From NCBI GenBank assembly GCA_009380095.1, contig WHSL01000003.1, positions 1 to 64,000 of the forward strand: 64,000 nt of DNA, written 5' to 3'. Position 1 is the first letter of the stretch. The number at the start of each line of letters is the position of its first letter. This document shows, piece by piece, positions 8,280-18,299 of this stretch. The notes beneath the pieces are model-generated. The model was not told the DNA's origin and made no database searches. It saw only the letters and a list, made by a program, of their open reading frames with translations. Source of the DNA: Streptosporangiales bacterium. GTDB lineage: Bacteria; Actinomycetota; Actinomycetes; Streptosporangiales; Streptosporangiaceae. A program made the translations under genes and the position numbers.

Positions 8280-9708
8280 CGAGGTACGCCTCCAGCCCGT
8301 GCCGGCCGCCCTCGCGGCCGAACCCCGACTCCTTGAAGCCGCCGAACGGCGACGCGGGGTCGAACTTGTTGAACGTGTTGGACCAGATCACCCCGGCCCG
8401 CAGCCGCTGCGCCGTCCACAGCATGCGGGACGCCTTCTCCGTCCAGACCCCGGCGGACAGCCCGTACGGGGTGTTGTTCGCCTTCGTCACCGCCTCGTCC
8501 GGCGTACGGAACGTCAGCACCGACAACACCGGCCCGAAGATCTCCTCACGGGCGATCCGGTGCGACTGCGCGACCTCGGTGAAGATGGTCGGCGGGAACC
8601 AGAAGCCGCGGTCCGGCAGCTCACACGGCGGCGACCAGCGGTGCGCGCCCTCGGCCTCGCCCGCCGCCGCCAGCTCCTGGATGCGGCCCAGCTGCGCGGC
8701 CGAGTTGACCGCCCCCACGTCGGTGTTCTTGTCCAGCGGGTCGCCCACGCGGAGCGTGCCCATGCGGCGCTTCAGCCGGTCCAGGAACTCCTCGGCCACC
8801 GACTCCTGGACGAGCAGCCGCGACCCGGCGCAGCATACGTGGCCCTGGTTGAAGAAGATCCCGTTGACCACGCCCTCCACGGCCTGGTCCAGCGCGGCGT
8901 CGTCGTACACGATGTTGGCCGCCTTGCCGCCGAGCTCCAGTGTGAGGCGCTTGCGGGTGCCGGCGACCGTACGGGCGATCTCCTTGCCGACCTCGGTGGA
9001 GCCGGTGAAGGCCACCTTGTCCACATCCTCGTGCGCGACCACGAGGCGGCCGGTCTCGCCGGCCCCGGTGAGGATGTTGACGACGCCCGGGGGCAGCTCC
9101 GCCTGTACGCAGACGTCGGCGAAGAACAGCGCGGTCAGCGGAGTGGTCTCGGCCGGCTTGAGGACGACCGTGTTGCCGCAGGCCAGGGCGGGCGCGATCT
9201 TCCAGGCCAGCATGAGCAGCGGGAAGTTCCACGGGATGACCTGGCCGGCCACGCCGAGCGGGCGCGGGTCGGGGCCGAAGCCGGCGTAGGGGAGCTTGTC
9301 CGCCCAGCCCGCGTAGTAGAAGAAGTGCGCCGCGACGAGCGGCAGGTCCACGTCGCGTGACTCGCGGATGGGCTTGCCGTTGTCCAGCGACTCCAGTACG
9401 GCCAGCTCGCGCGAGCGCTCCTGCAGGATGCGGGCGATGCGATAGAGGTACTTGGCGCGCTCGCGGCCGGGCATCGGCCCCCAGACCGTGCGTTGCGCGC
9501 GGCGGGCCGCGGCGACGGCGCGGTCCACGTCGGCGGGACCGGCCACCGACACCTCGGAGAGCACCTCCTCGGTGCCCGGGTTGACGGTCTTCAGCGTGCC
9601 GCCCTCGGCGGGTTCGGCCCACGCGCCGTCGATGAACAGCCCGTACGAGGGCGCGACGTCGACGATCGCCGTCGACTCGGGTGCGGGCGCGTACTCGAAT
9701 GCCGGCAT
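8266..9708 (-). CDS. Aldehyde dehydrogenase (NAD(P)+), full length
   Basis: 480 aa; catalytic Cys motif FFNQGHVCCAGSRLLV, ELGGK Glu motif, GNTVVLKPAETTPLTAL NAD-binding motif; ATG at 9706-9708 verified. Confidence 0.85.
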   Translation of the reverse strand: MPAFEYAPAPESTAIVDVAPSYGLFIDGAWAEPAEGGTLKTVNPGTEEVLSEVSVAGPADVDRAVAAARRAQRTVWGPMPGRERAKYLYRIARILQERSRELAVLESLDNGKPIRESRDVDLPLVAAHFFYYAGWADKLPYAGFGPDPRPLGVAGQVIPWNFPLLMLAWKIAPALACGNTVVLKPAETTPLTALFFADVCVQAELPPGVVNILTGAGETGRLVVAHEDVDKVAFTGSTEVGKEIARTVAGTRKRLTLELGGKAANIVYDDAALDQAVEGVVNGIFFNQGHVCCAGSRLLVQESVAEEFLDRLKRRMGTLRVGDPLDKNTDVGAVNSAAQLGRIQELAAAGEAEGAHRWSPPCELPDRGFWFPPTIFTEVAQSHRIAREEIFGPVLSVLTFRTPDEAVTKANNTPYGLSAGVWTEKASRMLWTAQRLRAGVIWSNTFNKFDPASPFGGFKESGFGREGGRHGLEAYLDVAH

Positions 9709-9713
9709 GATCC

Positions 9714-10697
9714 TCAGTCCAGCGTGAAGTAGTCGGGGCCGGAGTAGCGGCCGGTGGCGAGCTTGGTGCGCTGCATGAGCAGGTCGTTGAGCACGCTCGA
9801 GGCGCCGAGCCGGAACCAGTCGGGGCTCAGCCAGTCCTCCCCGGCGATCTCGTTCACCAGCACCAGGTACTTGATAGCGTCCTTGCTGGTACGGATCCCG
9901 CCGGCGGGCTTAACGCCGATCTGGCGGCCGGTCGCGGCGCGGAAGTCGCGGACCGCCTCCAGCATGACCATCGTGACCGGGAGCGTCGCGGCCGGCTGGA
10001 TCTTGCCCGTGGAGGTCTTGATGAAGTCGGCGCCCGCGACCATGGCCAGCCAGGAGGCGCGGCGCACGTTGTCGTACGTGCTCAGCTCGCCGGTCTCCAG
10101 GATCACCTTGAGGTGCGCGTCGCCGGCGGCCTCCTTGACGGCCACGATCTCGTCGTAGACCTTGCCGAAGTCGCCGGCCAGGAAGGCGCCGCGGTCGATC
10201 ACCATGTCGATCTCGTCGGCGCCGGCCGCGACGGCGGCGCGGGTGTCGTCGAGTTTGGCGTCCAGCGGGGCGCGGCCGGAGGGGAACGCGGTGGCCACCG
10301 AGGCGACCTTCACCCCGCTCCCACGGACCGTCTCCGCCGCGACCCCGACCAGGTCGGAGTAGACGCAGACCGCGGCGACCCGCGGGACCTCGGGGATGCT
10401 CGGATCCGGGTGGATCGCCTTGGCGCACATGGCCGCGACCTTGCCGGGCGTGTCGGCGCCCTCGAGCGTGGTCAGGTCGACCATGGAGATCGCCATGTCG
10501 ATGGCCCAGGCCTTGGCCGAGGTCTTGATGGAGCGGGTGCCCAGCTCGGCGGCGCGCTGGTCGGCGCCGACCCGGTCCACGCCGGGCAGCCCGTACAGGA
10601 ACGTGCGCAGCCCCGCGCGGCTCACGAGCTCGGCCGGCCCGGGCGCCGCCGCCGCTCGCGATGACGCGGCCTGTGATGACGCTGTCGTCGTTGCCAC
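9714..10697 (-). CDS. deoC: Deoxyribose-phosphate aldolase
   Basis: DeoC core (DLTTLEGADTPGKV...FIKTSTGK...GVKPAGGIRT) with the actinobacterial N-terminal extension; the ORF-track ORF is overextended; start assigned to GTG 10695-10697. Confidence 0.75.
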   Translation of the reverse strand: MATTTASSQAASSRAAAAPGPAELVSRAGLRTFLYGLPGVDRVGADQRAAELGTRSIKTSAKAWAIDMAISMVDLTTLEGADTPGKVAAMCAKAIHPDPSIPEVPRVAAVCVYSDLVGVAAETVRGSGVKVASVATAFPSGRAPLDAKLDDTRAAVAAGADEIDMVIDRGAFLAGDFGKVYDEIVAVKEAAGDAHLKVILETGELSTYDNVRRASWLAMVAGADFIKTSTGKIQPAATLPVTMVMLEAVRDFRAATGRQIGVKPAGGIRTSKDAIKYLVLVNEIAGEDWLSPDWFRLGASSVLNDLLMQRTKLATGRYSGPDYFTLD

Positions 10698-10977
10698 CCT
10701 TCCAGCATTCCCGACCGGCCCCCCAGAACAAAACAGCCCGACCCCGGCCGTCTCCTGGCCCCTCCCGGCCACTTTTGTCCACCGGCGTGACTTCCCGGCA
10801 CGGTCCGCACGGGCGTGCGTGCACTGGCCGCGGCTGGCCGAGTGAGGCGGAAGTGATCGTCGGGGTTGGTAACGATCAAGGGCATTGGTTGGGCGGGGAC
10901 AACGTGACGGCCGTCTCACGCGTCTATGTTCCAGAAAGTGATGTATGGGGGGCTTCATCCGGAAGGGGAAGCACGAC

Positions 10978-12078
10978 ATGACGGGGTACGGAAAGTGGGC
11001 GCTGCGGGCGGCCATGGCAGGGGCAGCCACGCTGGCCGTCGTGGCGGCGCTCGCGCCGCCCTCCACGGGGTCGGCCAAGGCGGCGACGACGTGGACGATA
11101 TTCCAGCGGAACACCTGGGCCGGTGACGACTCGATCGAGGACGTGACGGTGGCGCCGTCCGGCAGCACCTGGGGTGCCGGCTACGGGAGCGGCGGGCCGG
11201 TCGTACAGCACTGGGTGAACGGGAGCTTCCGTACGGTCCCCCTGCCGTCGACCTGGCGCGGCCGGTTCCAGGCGATCGACGCGTCGCGCAGCGACAACGT
11301 CTGGGCGTTCGGCCAGGACACAGAGGCGCCGTACGCGGCGCAGTGGAACGGCACGCGGTGGACCCGCCACGCGATGCCCGAGCCGTTCTCGGCCAGTGAC
11401 GCCGAGGCGTTCTCGCCGACCAACGTGTGGGCGGTCTCCGGCAACGGCCAGGCGCAGCGCTGGAACGGCTCGTCCTGGCGGTTCGCGAACGCGCCGATCA
11501 AGACGACGGCGATCGACGGCGGCGCGGACGCGCAGATGTGGGCCGTCGGCCACCACCCGGGCGCGGACGGCCGGCCGCAGCCCGCGGCGGCACGCTGGGA
11601 CGGCAGCAAGTGGACCGAGGTCTCCCCGCCGGAGCTCGAGCTCCCGGGCGGCGAGTCCGAGGCGATCTTCACCGACGTCACCATGGTCTCCACCACGAAC
11701 GTGTGGGCGGTCGGCACCCTCAGCACGGTGAGCGGGGACGAGCCGGGGGTGGCCAAGCCGATCCTCGCGCACTACGTCGGCGGCAAGTGGCACGTGTGGA
11801 CCAGCGGCGCCGGCGTCGGCTACAGCCGCGTCGTGCAGGACGGCCAGGGCGGCATCCACATCCTGCAGGGCAGCTGGAACCCGTCGGTGCTGCACGGCCG
11901 CAACGGCGTGTGGACCCGTACGACGCTCCCGCGCACGAGCGGGTACGAGGCCGCGGCGTTCACACTGGAGCGCAACCCGGTGACCGACACGCTGTGGATC
12001 AGCGGGTTCCAGGCACCGGAAGGCGACCCGGACGACCCCACGGTCAACGGCACGTACTGGCGCCGACTGGCGGGCTGA
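10978..12078 (+). CDS. Secreted protein with repeated Trp-containing blades (beta-propeller-like), unknown function
   Basis: Signal peptide (MTGYGKWALRAAMAGAATLAVVAALAPPSTGSAKA); repeated WNGSxW / WDGSKW / VWAV motifs; GGAAGGGGA RBS before the ATG at 10978. Confidence 0.6.
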   Translation: MTGYGKWALRAAMAGAATLAVVAALAPPSTGSAKAATTWTIFQRNTWAGDDSIEDVTVAPSGSTWGAGYGSGGPVVQHWVNGSFRTVPLPSTWRGRFQAIDASRSDNVWAFGQDTEAPYAAQWNGTRWTRHAMPEPFSASDAEAFSPTNVWAVSGNGQAQRWNGSSWRFANAPIKTTAIDGGADAQMWAVGHHPGADGRPQPAAARWDGSKWTEVSPPELELPGGESEAIFTDVTMVSTTNVWAVGTLSTVSGDEPGVAKPILAHYVGGKWHVWTSGAGVGYSRVVQDGQGGIHILQGSWNPSVLHGRNGVWTRTTLPRTSGYEAAAFTLERNPVTDTLWISGFQAPEGDPDDPTVNGTYWRRLAG

Positions 12079-12198
12079 CCCAGGCCCGCGTACGACGTGA
12101 CGGGCGGCCCCGGCGAGAGACGGACCTCGCCACGGGCCGCCCGTCCGCTACCCGGGACGTAATTGCGGCCGTGCTCGCGGCCCAGAAGCCTGGGTGGC

Positions 12199-12987
12199 AT
12201 GGGATATGAGTTCGATGTGGACACCGGGGTGAGCACGGCCGGTCCGGGGCGCTACAGCGCGGAGATCACCGATCGTTGGCATGCGTTGAGTGGGGCGCCG
12301 GTCGGGGGGTATCCGTTCGTGGTGGCGTTGCGCGCGCTCGCGGACGCCGTGCCGCTGCCCGATCCGCTGGCGGTCTCCGCGCACTTCCTGCGGCCGAGTG
12401 AGACGGGCCCCGCGGAGGTACGGGCCGAGACGTTGCGCGCCGGGCGGCGTACGGCGACCGGGCAGGCCGCGCTGTCCCAGGACGGCAAGGAGCGGCTGCG
12501 GCTGACGGCGACGTTCGGCGATCTCGCCGTGGCGGAGGGCCGCACCCTGCTGTTCGGCGAGCCGCCCGCGCTCCCCGCCCCGGACACGCTCACCGATCTG
12601 CTCGCCGCGAGCGGCCTGACCGGGATGAGCCTGCTCGACCGGGTCGAGTTCCGCTTCGGCGACCCGCCGGGCTGGCTGAGCGGCCGGCCGGACGGCGAGC
12701 CGTCGTGCGCGTTCTGGGTCAGGTTCGCCGACGGCCGCGAGCCGGACACGTTCGCCCTCGCGCTGTTCTGGGACGTGATGGCTCCGGTGGTGCTCGACCT
12801 CGGTGTGCCGATCTCCACGACCCTGGAGGCCACCCTGCATGTACGCGGCCGGCCCGCTCCGGGCTGGGTGGCGTGCCGGGTCGCCAGCCGCTACCTCACG
12901 GACGGGCTGTGCGAGGAGGACATGGAGATGTGGGACTCCGCCGGCGCGCTGGTCGCCCAGTCCCGCCAGCTCACGCTGCTCCCCTGA
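12199..12987 (+). CDS. Thioesterase-like (hot-dog fold, acyl-CoA thioesterase family) protein
   Basis: Hot-dog thioesterase-like pattern; ATG at 12199 verified; the ORF-track version begins 12 codons upstream. Confidence 0.55.
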   Translation: MGYEFDVDTGVSTAGPGRYSAEITDRWHALSGAPVGGYPFVVALRALADAVPLPDPLAVSAHFLRPSETGPAEVRAETLRAGRRTATGQAALSQDGKERLRLTATFGDLAVAEGRTLLFGEPPALPAPDTLTDLLAASGLTGMSLLDRVEFRFGDPPGWLSGRPDGEPSCAFWVRFADGREPDTFALALFWDVMAPVVLDLGVPISTTLEATLHVRGRPAPGWVACRVASRYLTDGLCEEDMEMWDSAGALVAQSRQLTLLP

Positions 12988-13000
12988 GCGGGCGGAGGGC

Positions 13001-13765
13001 TCAGCCGGGAACGCGGGCGACGCAGAACACGGTCTGGCCGAACGGGGGCCGGATGAACCGCTCGATCAGCCGCGTGGTGGGCACCACGGTGCGGTCGTAG
13101 ATCTTCACCAGCCGTGGGTCGGGGTACCCGGCGCCACCCTTGCGGACGGCCGCCCACCACGCGATGCCGCCGAGGAAGTTGATCGGCTTGAGCACCTCGG
13201 CCTGCAGGCCGGCCGCGGCCACGGAGGCGCCGAGCGTCTTCGGCGTGTAGCGGGTGACGTGGCCGACCTTGCGGTCGAACTCCCCGTACAGCTGCATGTA
13301 GCCGGGCACCCAGATGACGATGCGCCCACCCGGCTCCACCACGGCCGCAAGGTCCTTCAGCGCCTGCACGTCGTCGGCGATGTGCTCGAGGACGTTCATC
13401 ATCACGACGGTGTCGACCTTGCGCCGGATCTTGATCTCGGCCGGCAGCGCCAGGCTGATGACCTCGACGTCGTCGTTGCCCTCGTAGCGCTTGCGGAGCT
13501 GCTCCACGCAGTACGGGTCGTTGTCGCTCACCGCGAGGTATTCGAGCCCGGTGAACTGCTCGGAGAAGTGCCCCAGCCCGGAGCCGATCTCCAGCATGGA
13601 GGTGCCGACGTGCGGCGCGACCATGTCGAACTCGTACTTCCGGTAGTTCTTGCCCTCGTCACCACCGAGGTGGTTCTCCAGGGCGCCCTCGCCCGCGGCG
13701 GGCTGGGGAGGCTGCACGGCCCCCTCGGGGCGCGCCCCGGACTCGTGACCTTCTGCGCTTGACAT
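13001..13765 (-). CDS. Class I SAM-dependent methyltransferase
   Basis: Motif I LEIGSGLGHFSE and post-I acidic residue (LAVSDND); ATG at 13763-13765 (MSSAEGH) verified. Confidence 0.75.
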   Translation of the reverse strand: MSSAEGHESGARPEGAVQPPQPAAGEGALENHLGGDEGKNYRKYEFDMVAPHVGTSMLEIGSGLGHFSEQFTGLEYLAVSDNDPYCVEQLRKRYEGNDDVEVISLALPAEIKIRRKVDTVVMMNVLEHIADDVQALKDLAAVVEPGGRIVIWVPGYMQLYGEFDRKVGHVTRYTPKTLGASVAAAGLQAEVLKPINFLGGIAWWAAVRKGGAGYPDPRLVKIYDRTVVPTTRLIERFIRPPFGQTVFCVARVPG

Positions 13766-13845
13766 GCGGCACCGTTCGTCGAGCGTGGTTCGGACCTGGC
13801 CCGGAAGTCTAGTGGCCGCCACGACTCACCGGTGAGGAACGCCGC

Positions 13846-14583
13846 TCATCGCGCGTCGCGGCCTGGTGAGGTGCCCGGCATCCAGGTGCCGTCCGCGTCC
13901 GCCCGCAGGTCGCCCACGAGGTGCCAGCCCGGGTCGCCGTACCGCAGCAGCATCAGCCGGTCCCGCCAGTGCGCCTCGCGCCGGGACGGCGGCCGGGTGT
14001 GCACCTGGCCGGCCAGCGCGGTCGCGGTGGCGAGCAGCCGGTTCCGTACGCCGGTCACGCCCACCCGCAGGCCCGCCTCGATCAGCGACCCGGCGGGCGC
14101 GCCGTCGTCCGGCACGTACGTCCGGGCCAGCCACTGGGGCGTGCTGACGTGCAGCGTCAGGGTGGCGAGCAGCACCCCGTAGGTCCACACCGTGGAGGTG
14201 CGGCACAGCGTGGCGCCGTCCAGCGTCACCTCGCCGGAGCGCGCCTCGGCGGGCAGCCCGAGCGCGGCCAGCGCGGACGCGACGACGGTCTCCAGCGAGA
14301 ACGGCCGGGACGCGCGGGCCGTCACCAGGGTCAGGTTGAGGCTGCCCGGGTCCGCGTACACCGCCGTGCCGCCGCTGGCGCGGCGCACCAGCGGCACGCC
14401 GTCGCGGGCGCAGGCCACGAGGTCCACGCCCTCGCCGAGCGGCTGGAACCGCCCTCCGATGACGCACGGCGCGGTCTGCCACAGGCGCAGCAGCGGCCCA
14501 TCCTGGTCGACTCTCACCAGGGCCTCGTCGAGCGCCAGATTCGGTGCGGGGTCCAATCCGCCCTCGACGATGACACCCATCAT
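13846..14583 (-). CDS. Lipoate-protein ligase / BPL-LplA-LipB family protein
   Basis: BPL/LPL catalytic-domain-like N-terminus (MMGVIVEGGLDPAPNLALDEALV...RRASGGTAVY); start at the MM codons 14578-14583; the upstream ORF-track extension has no coding character. Confidence 0.6.
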   Translation of the reverse strand: MMGVIVEGGLDPAPNLALDEALVRVDQDGPLLRLWQTAPCVIGGRFQPLGEGVDLVACARDGVPLVRRASGGTAVYADPGSLNLTLVTARASRPFSLETVVASALAALGLPAEARSGEVTLDGATLCRTSTVWTYGVLLATLTLHVSTPQWLARTYVPDDGAPAGSLIEAGLRVGVTGVRNRLLATATALAGQVHTRPPSRREAHWRDRLMLLRYGDPGWHLVGDLRADADGTWMPGTSPGRDAR

Positions 14584-14743
14584 GGCCGCCGTGCCTCCCT
14601 CGCTCCCCCAGGGGCGAGCGACGGTCCCGGGACGCCCGGGCCCTGCCCGGTCGCCCCATGTCACCCACTCCCCAGGACGATGGTTCGCCGGTCGGCGATC
14701 AGCCCACAAGGGCGGCCTTTTCAGATAGTGAGTGAGCGCCTGG

Positions 14744-15505
14744 TCAGACGGTCAACGAAAGGGCGCGGGTGATCCGCGCGGCGGCCTGCCGCATCACGTC
14801 GGCCTGGTCCCGCATGTCGTCGAGGCGGCGGCTGGGGCAGGAGATGCCGAGCGAGCCGAGCAGCCCGGGGGCGAGCACCGGCACGGCGAGGCAGCCGGTG
14901 CCGAGCGCGTACTCCTCGTCGTCGACGGCCAGCTCGCGGCTGTGCTCGAGCTGCGGAAAGAGCTCCTGCTGCCGGGTCTTGGTGTAGGGGGTCAGCTCGT
15001 ACATGGGGTGGCGCGACAGGTACTCGCTGCGCGCCTCGCCGTCGAGGTGGCCGAGCACGCTCTTGCCCAGCGCGGTGGCGTGACCCGCCGTGTCCATGCC
15101 GACCCAGAGATCCACCCGGGGGATGCGCGGCGCGTCCACGATCTCCGCGACGGTGATCTCGCCCTCCTGGTAGAAGGAGAGGTACGTCGCCGCCTGCAGC
15201 TGGTCGCGGAGCCCGGCGAGCACCGGCCGGACCCGGCTGATCAGGGTCTGCGCCCGGTTGTTCTGACTGAGCGCCTCGACCCGGTCGCCCAGGATGTAGA
15301 CGCCTTCCTCCAGCCGGCGCAGGTAGCCCTCGTGCACGAGGGTGCGCAGCAGGTGGTAGGCCGTGGGCAGCGGCAGCTGCGCCTCGCGGGCGAGCCGCTT
15401 GGCCGGCGCGCCGTTGGCATGCCGGGAGGCCGCCTCCAGCAGCCTCAGCGCTCGCTGCACGGAAGCGATCAATGTCGGTTGCGACACGGCTTCCATAACG
15501 ATCAA
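14744..15505 (-). CDS. IclR family transcriptional regulator
   Basis: N-terminal wHTH (VQRALRLLEAASRH...AKRLAREAQLPLPTAYHLLRTLVHEGYL) plus C-terminal IclR effector domain. Confidence 0.8.
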   Translation of the reverse strand: MIVMEAVSQPTLIASVQRALRLLEAASRHANGAPAKRLAREAQLPLPTAYHLLRTLVHEGYLRRLEEGVYILGDRVEALSQNNRAQTLISRVRPVLAGLRDQLQAATYLSFYQEGEITVAEIVDAPRIPRVDLWVGMDTAGHATALGKSVLGHLDGEARSEYLSRHPMYELTPYTKTRQQELFPQLEHSRELAVDDEEYALGTGCLAVPVLAPGLLGSLGISCPSRRLDDMRDQADVMRQAAARITRALSLTV

Positions 15506-16135
15506 ATAAGCCCTATCAACGGGGCGGGGTCAAGCGGTTCCCGGGTTCTCATAGGAACAATTGTCCTACCTGGAAGTCCAGCCCCGCCGGGGATCCGGCA
15601 AGTTGGCGCGGAATTTCGGAATGCCCGGTGAGCGCACCGAAGCGCCGCGCGATGTGTCACATTCCCGTACATCCTGCCGCAATTGACCGGGGTGTGAACC
15701 GGCCTCAGCCGGGGAGTCGGTCCTTCGCTGCGCGGCCGAATCGCGGTACGCTCACTGCGAGCGGCGTGCCGGGCGATGTCCCGGCCCGGCCGCTCACCAC
15801 GATCGTTCTCCCGGACACGGGCAGCGGTGAAGAAGCCCGCCGCGCCCGCTCCTTCGCCGTCCCCTGGACGGCCCCCTGGACCGGCCACGTGGGCAGGCGC
15901 GCGCACACAGTGGCCGGACGGACCCGTTTCCCGGATCTCCTCCGCCCGCTAAGGACGGGATCCGTGGGTCCGTCCGCTCCCCTGACCCCGGAGCGGGAAC
16001 CCTGACCCGGTGCCGGCGTGGGTGCCCGATGCACCCACGGCCGGTACCGGGCCTTCCTCCGCCGGTCAAGCCCCTTGGGCCCCGATTGGCGCGGCCGGCG
16101 CGCACGAACCCGGCGAACACGTAACACTGGACCGC

Positions 16136-16861
16136 ATGCACCAGCCCGAACCGGAGCCGAAGGTGCTCGTCGTCGACGACGAGCCCAACATCCGCGACCT
16201 GCTCGAGACGGCTCTGCGCTTTCACCGATTCGACGTGTCCACGGCGGCCACCGGCTCCGCGGCGCGGAACCGGCTCGCCACGGAGACCTACGACATCGTC
16301 GTGCTCGACGTGAAGCTGCCCGACATCGACGGGTTCGAGCTGTGCCGGACGCTGCGGCTGACCGGCGACGAGACCCCGGTGATCTTCCTCACCGCGCGGG
16401 ACACCCCGGCCGACACCGTGCACGGCCTCACGCTCGGCGGCGACGACTACGTGACCAAGCCGTTCTCGGTGGAGACGCTCGTCGCGCGCATACGGGCGGT
16501 GCTGCGCCGGACCGCCCGTCCCGCCGCCGACGCCAAGGACGACGGGGACGAGCCGATGCGCGTCGCCGACCTGGAGCTGTCCGAGGCCACCTGGACGGTG
16601 CGCCGCGGGGAGACCCCGGTGGAGCTGTCGCCGACGGAGTTCCGGCTGCTCGCGTACCTGATGCGGAACGCCGGGCGGGTGCTCACCCGGGCCCAGCTGC
16701 TGGAGGAGGTCTGGGGCTGGGACTACGGCGGCCAGTCGCAGATCGTGGAGACGTACATCAGCTACCTGCGGCGCAAGCTCGATTCGCTGGGCCCGCCGCT
16801 GATCCACACCCAGCGGGGCGTCGGCTACGCGCTGCGCGCCCCCGATCCCGCCCGCCCGTGA
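16136..16861 (+). CDS. OmpR-family response regulator
   Basis: REC domain (KVLVVDDEPNIRDL...DIVVLDVKLPDIDG) plus winged-helix trans_reg_C; ATG at 16136 verified; ORF-track start is overextended. Confidence 0.85.
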   Translation: MHQPEPEPKVLVVDDEPNIRDLLETALRFHRFDVSTAATGSAARNRLATETYDIVVLDVKLPDIDGFELCRTLRLTGDETPVIFLTARDTPADTVHGLTLGGDDYVTKPFSVETLVARIRAVLRRTARPAADAKDDGDEPMRVADLELSEATWTVRRGETPVELSPTEFRLLAYLMRNAGRVLTRAQLLEEVWGWDYGGQSQIVETYISYLRRKLDSLGPPLIHTQRGVGYALRAPDPARP

Positions 16862-18246
16862 TCGCCTCGCTGCGCGGCCGGCTGCTCTTCGGCCTGCTCG
16901 CCGTCACCACGATCGGGCTCGTGGTGATGGGCCTGGTCAGCTCGCTGGTGCTGCGGTCGTACCTGATCGGCCGGCTGGACGCGCAGCTCGACCTGGCCGT
17001 CGACCGCGCCGCCGGTCAGCTGCGCGGCGTCGCGCTGCAGCGGGTGGAGCAGGTGCTCTCCCCGCTCGGGTACGTGGTGGCGGTCACCGACCGCAACGGC
17101 GACCGGGTCCGGGTCGTCGGCGGCGACCCGGACGAGCAGCCCGCCGCGCGGCGGCTGACCCGGCTGCGCTTCGGCGAGCTGCGCAGCCACGCCGAGGCGG
17201 AGAAGCCCTTCGACCTCAAGGGCACGCCCGACCTGCGGGTGGCGGCGCGGTACAACCAGAAGGGCCGGATCGTGGCGGTCGCCGTACCGCTGTCCGACGT
17301 CACCGATGCCACGAACCGGCTCGCCGGGGCCTCCGTGCTCACCGGGGTGGGGCTGGTGGGGTTGCTCGCGCTGGCCGGCCAGTGGCTGATGAACCGCGGC
17401 CTGGCCCCGCTCTCCCGCATGATCACCACGGCGGACCGGGTGTCCACCGGCGCCGACCTCTCCGCGCGGCTGCCCGGCGCCGACCGTCGTACCGAGGTGG
17501 GCCGGCTGGCGACCGCCATCAACACGATGCTCGGCCGGATCGAGACCTCGTACGCGGCGCGGGTCCGCTCGGAGGAACGGATCCGCGCGTTCGCCGCCGA
17601 CGCCTCGCACGAGCTGCGCACCCCGCTCACCACCATTCGCGGCTACGCCGAGCTGTTCCGCCAGGGCGCCTTCAACGACGAGGAGCAGGTACGGGAGGCG
17701 ATGCGGCGGATCGAGATGGAGTCCGAGCGGATGAGCAAGCTCGTCGCCGAGCTGCTCGAGCTCGCCCGGCTCGACCGCGGCACCCAGCTCGACCTCGCCG
17801 ACACCGACCTGGTGCAGCTGGTCAGGGACGGGGTCGCGGACGCGGCGGCGGTGGAGCCGGAGCGGGATTTCACCGTCGAGACGCCGGAGCGGCTGCTGGT
17901 CGCCGCCGACGAGCCGCGGATCCGCCAGGTGCTGGCGAACCTGCTGGCCAACGTACGGGCCCACACGCCCGCGGACACGCCGGCGCGGGTTCGGCTGAGC
18001 GAGGACGGCGACGAGGTGCTGCTCGACGTCGCCGACGACGGCCCCGGCATGTCGGAGGAGGAGGCCGCGCGGGCGTTCGACCGCTTCCACACGGCGAGCG
18101 GCCAGGGCAGCGGGCTCGGCCTTGCCATCGTCTCGGCCATCGCGGCCGCGCACGGCGGCTCCGCGGAGATCGTCGCGCACGAGGGCGCGGGCACCCGGGT
18201 ACGCATCCGCATCCCCCGATCGCATGCGGAAGCTACCAGCGGGTAG
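16858..18246 (+). CDS. Sensor histidine kinase (two TM segments, HAMP, HisKA, HATPase_c)
   Basis: GTG at 16858 overlaps the response-regulator stop (GTGA); H-box ASHELRTPLTTIRGY; N/G boxes (LANLLANVRAHTP, DDGPGM, GSGLGLAIV). Confidence 0.85.
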   Translation: MIASLRGRLLFGLLAVTTIGLVVMGLVSSLVLRSYLIGRLDAQLDLAVDRAAGQLRGVALQRVEQVLSPLGYVVAVTDRNGDRVRVVGGDPDEQPAARRLTRLRFGELRSHAEAEKPFDLKGTPDLRVAARYNQKGRIVAVAVPLSDVTDATNRLAGASVLTGVGLVGLLALAGQWLMNRGLAPLSRMITTADRVSTGADLSARLPGADRRTEVGRLATAINTMLGRIETSYAARVRSEERIRAFAADASHELRTPLTTIRGYAELFRQGAFNDEEQVREAMRRIEMESERMSKLVAELLELARLDRGTQLDLADTDLVQLVRDGVADAAAVEPERDFTVETPERLLVAADEPRIRQVLANLLANVRAHTPADTPARVRLSEDGDEVLLDVADDGPGMSEEEAARAFDRFHTASGQGSGLGLAIVSAIAAAHGGSAEIVAHEGAGTRVRIRIPRSHAEATSG

Positions 18247-18299
18247 GCAATCGGCGTACCGTCGGTGTTCCGGAGTCGATCCCCGTGAGGGGAGTTCCC

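Noticed and set aside
15506-16135. Possible small gene in the 630-bp IclR/response-regulator intergenic region (125-aa plus-strand ORF)
   Set aside because: No RBS, homology or convincing coding bias was seen. It is more likely a long regulatory region for the divergent iclR and two-component genes.
16018-18246. 742-aa ORF-track version of the histidine kinase
   Set aside because: The N-terminal 280 codons are the response-regulator gene read in another frame (Arg-rich). The true start is the GTG at 16858 overlapping the RR stop.
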